DNA of 64,000 bases from contig PLLO01000013.1 in assembly GCA_003142255.1 (NCBI GenBank), forward strand, positions 64,784-128,783. Direction: 5' to 3'. The stretch comes from Bacteroidales bacterium. Its GTDB lineage: Bacteria > Bacteroidota > Bacteroidia > Bacteroidales > VadinHA17. The position numbers and the translations under genes were made by a program. Positions within the stretch are counted from its first letter, which is position 1; every line of letters starts with the position of its first letter. The notes below the pieces were generated by a model. The model saw nothing but the letters and a program-made list of their open reading frames with translations, had not been told where the DNA came from and did no database searches. This document shows positions 18,425 through 28,731 of the stretch, in pieces.

Positions 18425-20212
18425 TTATTTTTGGATGTATCTGGTAAGTATCTCTGCTTTTTTGGTTCCAATGAGTTTCTCGAGTTCATCGAAGGAGCAT
18501 TTTTTGATTTTTTCCAGAGAACCGATTTTCTTCAATAAAATTTCTTTGGTTTTGATTCCTATCCCTTTTATTTCATCCAGTTCCGATTTTATCATCCCAG
18601 ATGATCTTTTTTCACGGTGAAAATTTATTCCGAACCTGTGAGCCTCATTTCTTAATTGCTGAATTATTTTAAGGCTTATTGAATTTTTATCCAGGTAGAG
18701 AGGAACAGAGTCGCCGGGGAAATATATCTCTTCAAGCTTTTTTGCAATCCCAATAATTGTCAGCTTATCTTTTAGGCCAAGCTTCTCAAGGCTTTTTACT
18801 GCCGAGGAAAGCTGTCCCTTGCCTCCGTCGATTATCACCAGCTGTGGTAGTTTCTGATTTTCCTCGATCATTCTTTTATACCGTCTGTATACTATCTCCT
18901 CCATAGATGAAAAATCATCTGGCCCGGTAACTGTTTTTATGTTGAAGTGCCGGTATTCCTTTTTGCTGGGCCTGGCGTTCCGGAAAACCACACAAGCCGC
19001 AACCGGATTAGTACCCATAATATTTGAATTGTCAAAACACTCAATGTGAACAGGCATGTCGGCCATGTGAAGATCTGATTTCAGCCGCTCAAGGTTTTTA
19101 CCTGTGCGATCCTTCGGCTTGGCAATCTCATGTTTTTTGCGTTGTTCAAGCTTATAATAGGTGGCGTTTCTCGCGGCTAGTTCGAGGAGCTTCATCTTGT
19201 CGCCTATTACCGGAACGGTATATTTGATTTTTTCAAGAAGAATATCGGGTTTAAACGGCACAATTATTTCTGGTGAATCGCTTGATAATCTTTGCCTTAT
19301 CTCTGTTATTGCAAAGCCCAGCAGAGACTCCTTCTCCTCATCCACACGGCTTTTAATATCAAGCGTAAAAGCCTGAATTACAGAACCATTAACCACTTTA
19401 AGGTAGTTAATGTATGAGTTGTCGATGTCCTGGCTAATAGCAAAGACGTCGACATTTTTTATAGTCGAGCTTACGATGGCAGACCGGCTCCTGTATTTTG
19501 AAAGCAGGTCGATCTTTTCCTTGATCAGTTGTGCTTTTTCGAACTGAAGCCCTTCAGAATATTTTATCATTATCTGCTTCAGGTGGTCAGATACCGTTGA
19601 TATATTCCCTTTCAGAATATTTTTAAGCTGCTGGATGTTTTCATTATACTCCTCTTCTGTCTGAAGGCCGATGCACGGTGCCAGGCAGTTTCCAATATGG
19701 TACTCAAGGCAAGGCCTGAATTTCCCGGCTGCTATATTTTCCTTTGTGAGATTAAGAAAGCAGGTCCTTGGCTTATAAAGCTGCCGTATCAGATCTACAA
19801 GGGTCTTAACCATAAGGCCCGATGTATATGGACCAAAGTATAAAGAACCGTCCTTAATCGTATTTCTCGTGCTGAAAACTCTGGGAAAAGGCTCGCTTTT
19901 TATGCAGATCCAAGGGTAGGTCTTATCATCTTTTAAAAGTATGTTATACCTGGGCTGCAGTTTCTTGATAAAGTTGTTCTCAAGTAAAAGTGCATCTGAT
20001 TCATTATCCACAACTATATGCCTGATATCAGCGGCCTTCTTCAGCATTACCGTTGTTTTGCCCGATTGGTTTTTATTGAAGTAGGAAGAAACCCTCTTCC
20101 TGAGGTTTTTTGCCTTACCCACATAAATAATAATCCCCGAAGAGTCTACAAACTGGTAAACGCCGGGCTTATCGGGAATTAAGGGTAATATTTTTTTATG
20201 TTCTACTGGCAT
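18425..20212 (-). CDS. uvrC: Excinuclease ABC subunit C
   Basis: 595 aa; GIY-YIG start PGVYQF...IIYVGKAKNLRKRV; UVR domain; C-terminal HhH. Confidence 0.95.
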   Translation of the reverse strand: MPVEHKKILPLIPDKPGVYQFVDSSGIIIYVGKAKNLRKRVSSYFNKNQSGKTTVMLKKAADIRHIVVDNESDALLLENNFIKKLQPRYNILLKDDKTYPWICIKSEPFPRVFSTRNTIKDGSLYFGPYTSGLMVKTLVDLIRQLYKPRTCFLNLTKENIAAGKFRPCLEYHIGNCLAPCIGLQTEEEYNENIQQLKNILKGNISTVSDHLKQIMIKYSEGLQFEKAQLIKEKIDLLSKYRSRSAIVSSTIKNVDVFAISQDIDNSYINYLKVVNGSVIQAFTLDIKSRVDEEKESLLGFAITEIRQRLSSDSPEIIVPFKPDILLEKIKYTVPVIGDKMKLLELAARNATYYKLEQRKKHEIAKPKDRTGKNLERLKSDLHMADMPVHIECFDNSNIMGTNPVAACVVFRNARPSKKEYRHFNIKTVTGPDDFSSMEEIVYRRYKRMIEENQKLPQLVIIDGGKGQLSSAVKSLEKLGLKDKLTIIGIAKKLEEIYFPGDSVPLYLDKNSISLKIIQQLRNEAHRFGINFHREKRSSGMIKSELDEIKGIGIKTKEILLKKIGSLEKIKKCSFDELEKLIGTKKAEILTRYIQK

Positions 20213-20229
20213 AGTTCATTGCATTTCGT

Positions 20230-21849
20230 TTAATCAACGAACAATGGCACGAGCCCGAACTTACGTCCGTCGAAAAGTCCCTTGTCGCTAAGCTTCAGCT
20301 CCGGTATTACCAGCAATGCCATAAATGAGAGAGTCATGAACGGAGCCGACATTTTACATCCGAAAGATTTCACAAGAGAGGAAAGAGACTCATATTTATC
20401 AGCAACTTCACTGACTGGCTTATCCGACATGATCCCGGCTATGGGGAGCCTGAGTGTTTCTGCATTTCCTTCGTGCACTACGGCAAGCCCGCCCTTCATT
20501 TTCACTACTTCGTTTATTGCGGCGACTATATCAGAATCTGTGGTGCCAATGCAAATTATATTGTGACTATCGTGTGCCACCGAGCTGGAAAATGCTCCTT
20601 TCTTTAAGCCAAATCCTTTAATAAATCCGACTGCCGGAGGAGCATCATTATACCTGTCCTTTACAACAATTTTCAGGATATCGGTTTTCTTATCTGGTTC
20701 AATAAAATCTTTCCCCGGCAAATTTCCAATGATCTCCTTTGTCAGCAGTTCCCCGTCAAATGCCTCAATGATCCTTATCTTACTACCTTTTGCCTTTATA
20801 GAAATATTTTCTTCCTTTATTTCAGAACAATTGAATTTATTAAGGCTCTTCCCTGATTTATATTTAAATGTTGCTTTGCCTTTTTCAAAGACTATTTTAC
20901 CATCTATCCATGTTTCCAGAACATTCATCTTCCCCGGATCGTCCACAATAATAAAGTCTGCAGGATCTCCAATCCTCAGTAGTCCTGCTTCCAGCCCATA
21001 ATGATCTACCGGATTAATAGTTGCGCTTCTGACTACATCAAAAAGGTCGTATCCTTCAGAAACCAGTTTTGAAATTAATTTATTTATATGTCTTTTCTTT
21101 AACATTTCAGGATGGAGATCATCACTGCAAAGCATTAAATCATTAGGGTTTGTCTTATAAAGCTCCTTCAATGCGTCAAGGTTTGTTGCAGCGCTTCCTT
21201 CCCTGATCAGAATCTTCATCCCCAGAGCAATTTTCTCTCTTGCTTCTTCAATTGTGCTGCACTCATGGTCAGTTGATATTCCTGCTGCCACGTACTTTCT
21301 CAGATCTTCACCTGTCAATCCCGGTGCATGACCGTCTATCGGCTTTCCTCTATTAATTGATATTTTAATCTTTTCCATCACCTCATTATCTCTGAAAATA
21401 ACTCCAGGATAATTCATCATTTCAGACAGATATTTAATTTCTTTCCTATTCAAAAGTTCCTTTACTCCGGATGCATTAATTGCCGCTCCAGATGTCTCAT
21501 ATTTTGTTGCGGGAACGCAGGATGGTGCTCCAAACCAGAATTTGAACGGAACTCTATCTCCATCCTCAATCATAACATTTACCCCTTCAGTTCCGAGCAC
21601 ATTTGCTATCTCATGCGGATCAGAAACTACACCTATTGTTCCACGTGAAACAGCCTCGCAAGCAAAAGAACCAGGAGTGACCATTGAGCTTTCAATATGA
21701 ATGTGGGCATCAATAAGTCCTGGAAGAATGTAATTTCCTTCAGCTATTTCCTTCTTTTCAATACTTTTAATCCTTCCGTTTTTAATAGTAATTATCGCAG
21801 GAAATATTATTCTCTCATGTATGTCGACAATTAAACCTTTCAGTTTCAT
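20230..21849 (-). CDS. ade: Adenine deaminase
   Basis: 539 aa; amidohydrolase metal motif GLIDAHIHIESSM; family-typical length. Confidence 0.85.
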   Translation of the reverse strand: MKLKGLIVDIHERIIFPAIITIKNGRIKSIEKKEIAEGNYILPGLIDAHIHIESSMVTPGSFACEAVSRGTIGVVSDPHEIANVLGTEGVNVMIEDGDRVPFKFWFGAPSCVPATKYETSGAAINASGVKELLNRKEIKYLSEMMNYPGVIFRDNEVMEKIKISINRGKPIDGHAPGLTGEDLRKYVAAGISTDHECSTIEEAREKIALGMKILIREGSAATNLDALKELYKTNPNDLMLCSDDLHPEMLKKRHINKLISKLVSEGYDLFDVVRSATINPVDHYGLEAGLLRIGDPADFIIVDDPGKMNVLETWIDGKIVFEKGKATFKYKSGKSLNKFNCSEIKEENISIKAKGSKIRIIEAFDGELLTKEIIGNLPGKDFIEPDKKTDILKIVVKDRYNDAPPAVGFIKGFGLKKGAFSSSVAHDSHNIICIGTTDSDIVAAINEVVKMKGGLAVVHEGNAETLRLPIAGIMSDKPVSEVADKYESLSSLVKSFGCKMSAPFMTLSFMALLVIPELKLSDKGLFDGRKFGLVPLFVD

Positions 21850-21875
21850 AATAATAAAATATATTTTAATAAAAT

Positions 21876-21890
21876 TTGTTCCACGTGGAA
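21876..21890. repeat. TTGTTCCACGTGGAA palindromic motif, copy 2 (14-bp perfect palindrome GTTCCACGTGGAAC)
   Basis: Lies between the mnmG stop (21895) and the ade start (21849). Confidence 0.6.
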
Positions 21891-21894
21891 CACT

Positions 21895-23769
21895 TTATCT
21901 CCCCAGGTACATAAGTAAAATGGATAAATCAGATGGAGATACACCGCTAATCCTTCCTGCCTGACCTATATTATCCGGTTTAATCTTCGCAAGCTTTTGT
22001 CTCCCTTCGGTAGAAATCGAAACCAGTTCACTATAATCAATCTCTTCAGGAATTTTTAAATTTTCCAATCTTTTAATTTTATCAGCCATTAGTTTCTCTC
22101 TCAAAATATATCCCTCATATTTAATCCTTATCTCTGCAGATTCTGCTATTTCGTTAAATCTTTCAGAATGCACAGCTGACAGCTTCTTATATCCATTAAT
22201 ATTCTCTATTAGTTCTTTTAACTCAATCTGTGGTCTGGCAGCGATGTTAACGGCTTTTGTTTTCTGCTTAATTTCAGATGTCTCTTTCTTTCTTAACCAT
22301 TTATTAATCTTTTCTGGTTCTATTGTCTCTATTTTTAGAAACTCCAGCATTTCATCTATCATTTTCTCTTTTTCGTCCAGAATTTCTATTCTTTCTTTCT
22401 CTGCCAATCCCAAATCAAATCCCTTTCTGGTCAGTCTTTCATCGGCATTATCCTGTCTCAGTAAAATCCTGTATTCTGCCCTTGATGTAAACATTCTGTA
22501 AGGTTCATCAACACCCTTGCTTATGAGATCGTCAATCAAAACTCCAATATAAGATTCGTCTCGTCCCAGCACAAATTTTTTCTTTCCCCTGATCTTTAAT
22601 GTTGCATTGATACCAGCCATTAATCCTTGTGCAGCCGCTTCTTCATATCCCGTTGTTCCATTAATCTGCCCAGCGAAGTAAAGATTCTTTATCAACTTCG
22701 TTTCAAGATTGTTTTTTAACTGCGTCGGTTGAAAAAAGTCATATTCTATTGCGTAACCAGGTCTGAATATCTCAACATTTTCCAGTCCCTTTACTTTTCT
22801 TAAGGCATTTATCTGTGTTTCCAGAGGGAGACTGCTTGAAAAACCGTTTACATAATATTCAATAGTTTCTCTTCCTTCTGGTTCAATAAACAGCTGGTGC
22901 GATTCCTTATTCTTAAATGTTATAATTTTTGTTTCTATGCTTGGGCAATACCTTGGACCAATTCCTTTAATTCTTCCTGTATATAGAGGACTGAATTCCA
23001 TTCCTTTTATCAGTTCTTTATGTACCTCCTCGTTAGTATGTGTAATAAAACAGCTCTTCTGATTTGTTATTTTCAAATTACTGTACATATATGAAAACGA
23101 TCTGCCTTCTTCATCTCCCTTCTGTTCAGTCATTGAATTAAAGTCGATTGTCCTTCCGTCAATTCTAGCACTGGTTCCGGTTTTCATTCTTTCAATCTGG
23201 AAACCCATATTTCTCATTTGTTCGCTTAAACCGGTTGAAGCTGATTCACCAGATCTTCCTCCGTTTATCTTCTTAAGTCCTACATGCATCAATCCGTTCA
23301 GAAAAGTTCCATTTGTTAAAATGATTGCATCTCCATAAAACTTCGTTCCAAAAGATGTCTCAATTCCTACAACCCTCCAATTATCAATAATAAGCTTTTG
23401 TGCCTGCTCCTGCCATATATGCAGGTTTTCTGTCTGTTCCAGTTCTTTTCGCCACTCGCTTGTAAATCTTTGCCTGTCGCATTGTGCCCTGGGACTCCAC
23501 ATTGCCGGGCCTTTTGATTTATTAAGCATTCTGAACTGTATCATGCTTCGGTCGGTAATGATCCCGCTTAATCCTCCCAAAGCATCAATTTCCCTTACTA
23601 TCTGTCCTTTTGCAATTCCCCCTATTGCAGGATTACATGACATTTGTGCCAGTTTGGTCATGTCCATTGTCACCAGTAAAGTCCTTGCTCCCATCTTTGC
23701 TGCAGCATGAGCTGCTTCGCATCCCGCATGACCTCCGCCTACCACTATTACTTCATATCTGAAATCCAT
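21895..23769 (-). CDS. mnmG: tRNA uridine 5-carboxymethylaminomethyl modification enzyme MnmG (GidA)
   Basis: 624 aa; VIVVGGGHAGCEAA FAD motif and full-length GidA pattern. Confidence 0.95.
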   Translation of the reverse strand: MDFRYEVIVVGGGHAGCEAAHAAAKMGARTLLVTMDMTKLAQMSCNPAIGGIAKGQIVREIDALGGLSGIITDRSMIQFRMLNKSKGPAMWSPRAQCDRQRFTSEWRKELEQTENLHIWQEQAQKLIIDNWRVVGIETSFGTKFYGDAIILTNGTFLNGLMHVGLKKINGGRSGESASTGLSEQMRNMGFQIERMKTGTSARIDGRTIDFNSMTEQKGDEEGRSFSYMYSNLKITNQKSCFITHTNEEVHKELIKGMEFSPLYTGRIKGIGPRYCPSIETKIITFKNKESHQLFIEPEGRETIEYYVNGFSSSLPLETQINALRKVKGLENVEIFRPGYAIEYDFFQPTQLKNNLETKLIKNLYFAGQINGTTGYEEAAAQGLMAGINATLKIRGKKKFVLGRDESYIGVLIDDLISKGVDEPYRMFTSRAEYRILLRQDNADERLTRKGFDLGLAEKERIEILDEKEKMIDEMLEFLKIETIEPEKINKWLRKKETSEIKQKTKAVNIAARPQIELKELIENINGYKKLSAVHSERFNEIAESAEIRIKYEGYILREKLMADKIKRLENLKIPEEIDYSELVSISTEGRQKLAKIKPDNIGQAGRISGVSPSDLSILLMYLGR

Positions 23770-24192
23770 CTAATTCTGCTTTAACTTTAAAATCCATTCG
23801 TTCTCCAGCTTTCTCATCCTTTCTTTTTCACTCTTAGTTGAATCGTTAAATCCGCACAGATGAAGTGTCCCGTGAATCATAACTCTTATTAATTCATTTC
23901 TTAAACTAACCTTATAGTTAAATGCATTAAATTTTATCGTATCCAGGCTCAAATAAATTTCACCATCGAGTAAATCTCTGCTACCATAATCAAAAGCAAT
24001 AACATCGGTAAAATAATTATGTTGCAGAAATTCACTGTTAATTTTGATCAATTCTTTATCGCTCATTAAAATAAAAGAAAGGCTACCGTTGGGTTTTCTA
24101 TATTCCCCGATAACCTTTTCAATTAATTTCAGGATCTTCTTGCTATTCCTTAACCTGTACTTTACGCCATCATAAAATATCCTTGTCTTCAA
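23770..24192 (-). CDS. ybeY: rRNA maturation RNase YbeY
   Basis: 140 aa; zinc motif HGTLHLCGFND. Confidence 0.9.
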   Translation of the reverse strand: MKTRIFYDGVKYRLRNSKKILKLIEKVIGEYRKPNGSLSFILMSDKELIKINSEFLQHNYFTDVIAFDYGSRDLLDGEIYLSLDTIKFNAFNYKVSLRNELIRVMIHGTLHLCGFNDSTKSEKERMRKLENEWILKLKQN

Positions 24193-24593
24193 GGTGCAAT
24201 ATTTTTAAATATCATTGTCACGCTGTTTCCCTTTTTATTAAATTCTATTTCATCTGCAAGCCTTGACATCAGAAATATCCCCCTTCCATTTATTGCTTCA
24301 ATATTTCCCGGTCTTGTAGGATCCGGGACTTCGGCCGGTTTAAATCCTTTTCCTTCGTCAGTTACAGATATATTCAGATCTTTCCTTTTTACCCAAAAAT
24401 CAATTTCTACTGTTTTCTTCAGATCTGCCTTATTTCCGTGGATTATTGCATTGTTAACCGCCTCAAGTACTGCTACCAGTATTTTTCCATAATTATCCTG
24501 ACTTATTCCAATCTCATTCGTTAATGAATCTATTGCATTTTCAACCATATTAAGATTGGTTATATCAGATTCTATTTTAAGCTGCTTAAGCAT
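24189..24593 (-). CDS. HATPase_c-type ATP-binding protein (RsbW/SpoIIAB-like anti-sigma kinase fold)
   Basis: 134 aa; N-box AVNNAIIHGN and G-box DEGKGF...GRG; 4-nt overlap with ybeY. Confidence 0.65.
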   Translation of the reverse strand: MLKQLKIESDITNLNMVENAIDSLTNEIGISQDNYGKILVAVLEAVNNAIIHGNKADLKKTVEIDFWVKRKDLNISVTDEGKGFKPAEVPDPTRPGNIEAINGRGIFLMSRLADEIEFNKKGNSVTMIFKNIAP

Positions 24594-24647
24594 TGTTACA
24601 AATAAGCTTCCTTATACTGAATAATTTAAGATTTGTTTCAGTTCGTA

Positions 24648-25826
24648 TCAGTTTTTTGCTATCCATAATTCAGGATCCAGGTATTGTTTCTCAAAGATCA
24701 TAAATTTTATTGTTGAATTATAGTTTGCAGAAGGGTCTTGATATACTTCTCCGATTATCTGCTTCGTATCAACTTTTTCCCCCTTTTTTACCTTTACATT
24801 TACCAGATTAGTATAAACTGAATAATAGTTTCCATGTCTTATTATTACTGTCATATTTGCCCCAGAAATAGCCGTTATTGCCGTTACCTCTCCTTTAAAT
24901 ATACTTCTGGCTGAATTCCTCCCTGAGCTTGTAATTTCAATCCCAAAGTTGTTTTCCGTAACATATTTTAATACAGGATGTTTGTGCACTCCAAAATGAT
25001 TTGTAATTATTCCTTTCTCAACCGGCCACGGCAACCTGCCTTTATTCACTGAAAAATCGTCTCCTATAAGCTTTTGCTCCGGAGTAAGTTCATTTTTTAT
25101 GCTTTTCTTCCTTTCCTCCTCAATTATTCTTGCTATTGCCCTTTCTATCCGGTTAGCAATTATCTTTTTCTCTTCCAGTTCCTTTTTCAGCTGTTTTTCC
25201 TTATTCCCAAGGTTCTTGACAACCTTTGTCTTTATTTGTTGCTCCCCTTGCAGAATTTCTTTTTGCTGAACTTCTCTATGGCGCAGATCTGAAATCTTTC
25301 CCAGATCATTTTCAAGCTTTTCCTTTGTACTTTCTATTTCAAGCTTTAATTGAGAAATTATTTCAGATTCGTTTCTCCTGAATTTAGAAACCTGTTGCAA
25401 GTATTTAAGCCTTTTATATCCCTGGTTAAAATCTCTCGCCGATAAAACGTAAACTATTTCCGGATTGATCTTTTTTAATTTATAAGAATTAATGATTGCC
25501 CTTGAATAATCCTCTTTCAATATCTGTAAATCACTCTCCATCAAATCTATAGCTAGCCTGTTAATATCTATTCTTTCATTTAACAGATCTATTTCCTGTC
25601 CCATTCCTGAAATTATTGACTCTCTCAGGTTTACCTTTTTCCCGAGAATCCTAAGAGAATTTATGCTTTCACTTTTCTGCTTTTCGGTATTCTTAAGAAG
25701 GTTGTCAACATATGTAATTTCGTCCAGTGTTTTCTTTCTCTGTTCTTCCAATTCGCTCCTTGTTTGACCAGTAGCGATGGCAAACAAACTTAACAGTATA
25801 ATATTGAATAAGATTCTTAGTCTCAT
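24648..25826 (-). CDS. M23 family peptidase with N-terminal coiled coil (EnvC-like)
   Basis: 392 aa; signal peptide; long heptad-rich region; C-terminal LytM/M23 domain. Confidence 0.75.
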   Translation of the reverse strand: MRLRILFNIILLSLFAIATGQTRSELEEQRKKTLDEITYVDNLLKNTEKQKSESINSLRILGKKVNLRESIISGMGQEIDLLNERIDINRLAIDLMESDLQILKEDYSRAIINSYKLKKINPEIVYVLSARDFNQGYKRLKYLQQVSKFRRNESEIISQLKLEIESTKEKLENDLGKISDLRHREVQQKEILQGEQQIKTKVVKNLGNKEKQLKKELEEKKIIANRIERAIARIIEEERKKSIKNELTPEQKLIGDDFSVNKGRLPWPVEKGIITNHFGVHKHPVLKYVTENNFGIEITSSGRNSARSIFKGEVTAITAISGANMTVIIRHGNYYSVYTNLVNVKVKKGEKVDTKQIIGEVYQDPSANYNSTIKFMIFEKQYLDPELWIAKN

Positions 25827-26575
25827 TTCAGCAATATATTTTCATATCCTTTCCCCGGGATGAAATCTATCTTTTCAATGTTACTAAAATCAATATTTCT
25901 AATCTTTATCTCAATAATGCAATTTTCCGTCTTATCCTTTACTAATATTCTTGCTGGATATTTTTTGTTGTCAACCAAACTTATTTTTGAATATGTAATT
26001 TGAATTTCTTTATTTTCAAGGTCTCTGATATTAGAACTAATAATCTTACTATCCCTGCAGCTTATAAAATATTTTATTTCAAACTTTTCAAATTTTATGG
26101 TCTGGGTATTTCTTTCTTCAGTACATATAGTTGAATCTATACCTGAAAGATTTCCAGCTATGAAATCTCCGAATATAACCGGTAGCGCAATAAAAGGAAT
26201 TCCGTACTTCTTTTCAATTGCGTTTGTTTTACCATAAAATAGTTTTTTCTGCAGCCTGTCATTTATCAATAAAGTATCCGCTGTCATATATGCTCTGGCA
26301 ACCTCTATACCGGTATTGCTCTTTAGACTTACAAGCCAGAATCCTGGTGTTTTATATTTAACTGAAGCAAGAAGCTTTTGTTTTTCATCTCCAATAGTAA
26401 TTTCTACCTCTGCTTTCTTTATATTAAAATCATTATCTGACAGATTCTGAGCCTTTATCTTTTCCAGACCCGGAAAGAGGGAGCTAATATGTTCCGTTTT
26501 TGTTTTACCTGATTTTAAGGTAGAACAGCCGGTCAATAAAACCAATAAAATCAATATCAGCGGCTTCCCTGACAA
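25823..26575 (-). CDS. Lipoprotein, DUF4292-like
   Basis: 250 aa; lipobox LLTGCS; sits in the TPR / DUF4292 / M23 neighbourhood I recall from Bacteroidota. Confidence 0.55.
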   Translation of the reverse strand: MSGKPLILILLVLLTGCSTLKSGKTKTEHISSLFPGLEKIKAQNLSDNDFNIKKAEVEITIGDEKQKLLASVKYKTPGFWLVSLKSNTGIEVARAYMTADTLLINDRLQKKLFYGKTNAIEKKYGIPFIALPVIFGDFIAGNLSGIDSTICTEERNTQTIKFEKFEIKYFISCRDSKIISSNIRDLENKEIQITYSKISLVDNKKYPARILVKDKTENCIIEIKIRNIDFSNIEKIDFIPGKGYENILLK

Positions 26576-28290
26576 TTTTCTATTTCTTTAATCAAATTAG
26601 TTTTTGAAGAATCTATTTTAAGTGCAATGTTCCAGTTGGTTACTGCAGCATCGCAGTCTTTTTTCTTCTTTAAGATATATCCGTAATGTTCATACCATTC
26701 TGCGTCTGCTTCTTTTCCAATGCTAATTACATTTTCCATAACTTTTGCGGCTTCATTAATCTTTCCTCTTTTGTACAATACCCATCCGTAAGTATCAAGA
26801 AACGTAGTATTTTCCTTCTCAGTTTCAATTATTTTCCGGGCCATTGTTTCAGCATCTTTAAGCCTTGTGTTTTGTTCTGCAAGGTAATAAGCATAATTAT
26901 TAAGCAGTGTCACATCATTTGGATTTTCTTTAAGCGCATCATCAAATGCTTTAAATGACTTATCATATTCTTTCATCCTGTAATATACATCAGCCTGCAA
27001 TGAGAGTACCTGTAACAGCATATCCTTATCATCTCCGGCCAGAATATTCGCTTTTCTTAATTCTTCGGTTGCAATTTCATATTGCTTGTTCTCGATTGCA
27101 GCATTGGCATAAAGTATTTTAGCCGGGAAAGACCTGTTAAATTTTGTGGCACATAATTCACCTTTTTCCTGAAGCTTTTTATAATCCTTTTCTTCAAGGT
27201 AAACAAACAGAAGCTTCTCCCACGCATAGTAATTGTCAGGTCTGCTTACGATTATCTCCTCAAGTCTTGCAGCAGCTTCATTCAGCTTTTTTTCAGCCGT
27301 TAAAAATTCAGGCCTTAGCAACAAAACTATGTCATCATCTTTATATACGGCTTCCATTAACATACATGCCAGCTGCAGTTCATTTCCTTTTGCAGCTATC
27401 AGTTCCGGAGTCTCGATCATTTTTGAAAATAATCCAATTTTATCTTCCCGATTAATATCGTTATTCAATATTACCTTGTTCAGAAGCAGGATAAGCTGAT
27501 CATAATCTTTCTGATCGATAAGAAAGTTACAAAGCGACATCTGGGTTTGTGGATTATCAGGATTTTTTTCCATAAGGTTTTTATAGACCTCAAATGCTTT
27601 CTCGTTTTCCTTATTGTTGTTGTATATCTCAGCCAGAAGACCGGTATAGAGAATCACGTCCGGGTATTTTTCAATAAGCTGCTTCACCTTGTCTTCGGCC
27701 TCCTGAAACTTTCCCTCTGCTATTAATACCTTTATCCCTGACGGGGTAGATGTTTCGTTTATTCCATATTTTTTGTCAAGATTTTCAAATACCTGTAAAG
27801 CCTTGTCATACTTTTTATTTTCTGCATAAAGATTTCCAAGGTTCATTTGCAAATCTTCTTTTTCAGGGAATCCCTTAACTGCTTTTTCATAAAAGATTGT
27901 TGCGCTGTCGAGGTTCTTTTCCTGGTAATAAGTTCCTGCCAGCATTATCGTATACCAGAAATTGCCAGGGTTCAAATTATATGCCTTCAGACCGTATTTT
28001 TTTTCATTATTAATATCGCCTGAGCCAATGAGTATCTGGGAGATCTGAAAAAATGCAGCATCATTTGCAGGATCGGATTTTATGCACTGTTCGAACAATT
28101 TAATTGCATCCCCTCCATTCCCCAGCAATTTTTGTTTAATTGCTTCGATATATACATATTCTGCAGCTGCTGAATCATAAGAATTCTCTTTCGTTCCTGT
28201 TAAATGAGAAGGATTAAGCTTTCTCGCGCATGAGGAAAAAAGAAGGCTCAAAATTGCCAGTCCAATTAAAATATTAGAAATTCTTTTCAT
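26557..28290 (-). CDS. Tetratricopeptide repeat lipoprotein
   Basis: Start moved to MKRISNILIGLAILSLLFSSC; many TPR units along the length. Confidence 0.7.
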   Translation of the reverse strand: MKRISNILIGLAILSLLFSSCARKLNPSHLTGTKENSYDSAAAEYVYIEAIKQKLLGNGGDAIKLFEQCIKSDPANDAAFFQISQILIGSGDINNEKKYGLKAYNLNPGNFWYTIMLAGTYYQEKNLDSATIFYEKAVKGFPEKEDLQMNLGNLYAENKKYDKALQVFENLDKKYGINETSTPSGIKVLIAEGKFQEAEDKVKQLIEKYPDVILYTGLLAEIYNNNKENEKAFEVYKNLMEKNPDNPQTQMSLCNFLIDQKDYDQLILLLNKVILNNDINREDKIGLFSKMIETPELIAAKGNELQLACMLMEAVYKDDDIVLLLRPEFLTAEKKLNEAAARLEEIIVSRPDNYYAWEKLLFVYLEEKDYKKLQEKGELCATKFNRSFPAKILYANAAIENKQYEIATEELRKANILAGDDKDMLLQVLSLQADVYYRMKEYDKSFKAFDDALKENPNDVTLLNNYAYYLAEQNTRLKDAETMARKIIETEKENTTFLDTYGWVLYKRGKINEAAKVMENVISIGKEADAEWYEHYGYILKKKKDCDAAVTNWNIALKIDSSKTNLIKEIENCQGSR

Positions 28291-28292
28291 GT

Positions 28293-28727
28293 CTATTTTT
28301 TCCCTGTATGACCAAAGCCGCCCGCGCCTCTGTTTGTCTCTTTTAATACCTTCACTTCCGTCCATTCAGCTTTTTCATGCTTTGCGATCACCATTTGTCC
28401 GATTCGCTCACCGTCATTAATAATAAAATCCTGATCCGAAAGATTGATCATAATAATACAAACTTCTCCACGGTAATCCGCATCTATCGTTCCGGGTGAA
28501 TTCAGAATTGTTATTCCCTTATTAATTGCCAATCCGCTTCTTGGCCTGATCTGTGCTTCATATCCTTCAGGTATTTCAAGAAAGAGCCCGGTGGGGACAA
28601 GAATTCTCTGCATGGGTTTCAGCAAAATTTCCTTATCGATGCTTGCCCTTAAGTCCATTCCAGCAGAAGCTATTGTTGAATAGGCCGGCAATTCATGTTT
28701 TGATTTATTAACAATTTTGATTTCCAT
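28293..28727 (-). CDS. dut: dUTP diphosphatase
   Basis: 144 aa; [20 protein letters not shown] and GERIGQ motifs. Confidence 0.95.
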   Translation of the reverse strand: MEIKIVNKSKHELPAYSTIASAGMDLRASIDKEILLKPMQRILVPTGLFLEIPEGYEAQIRPRSGLAINKGITILNSPGTIDADYRGEVCIIMINLSDQDFIINDGERIGQMVIAKHEKAEWTEVKVLKETNRGAGGFGHTGKK

Positions 28728-28731
28728 TTTT

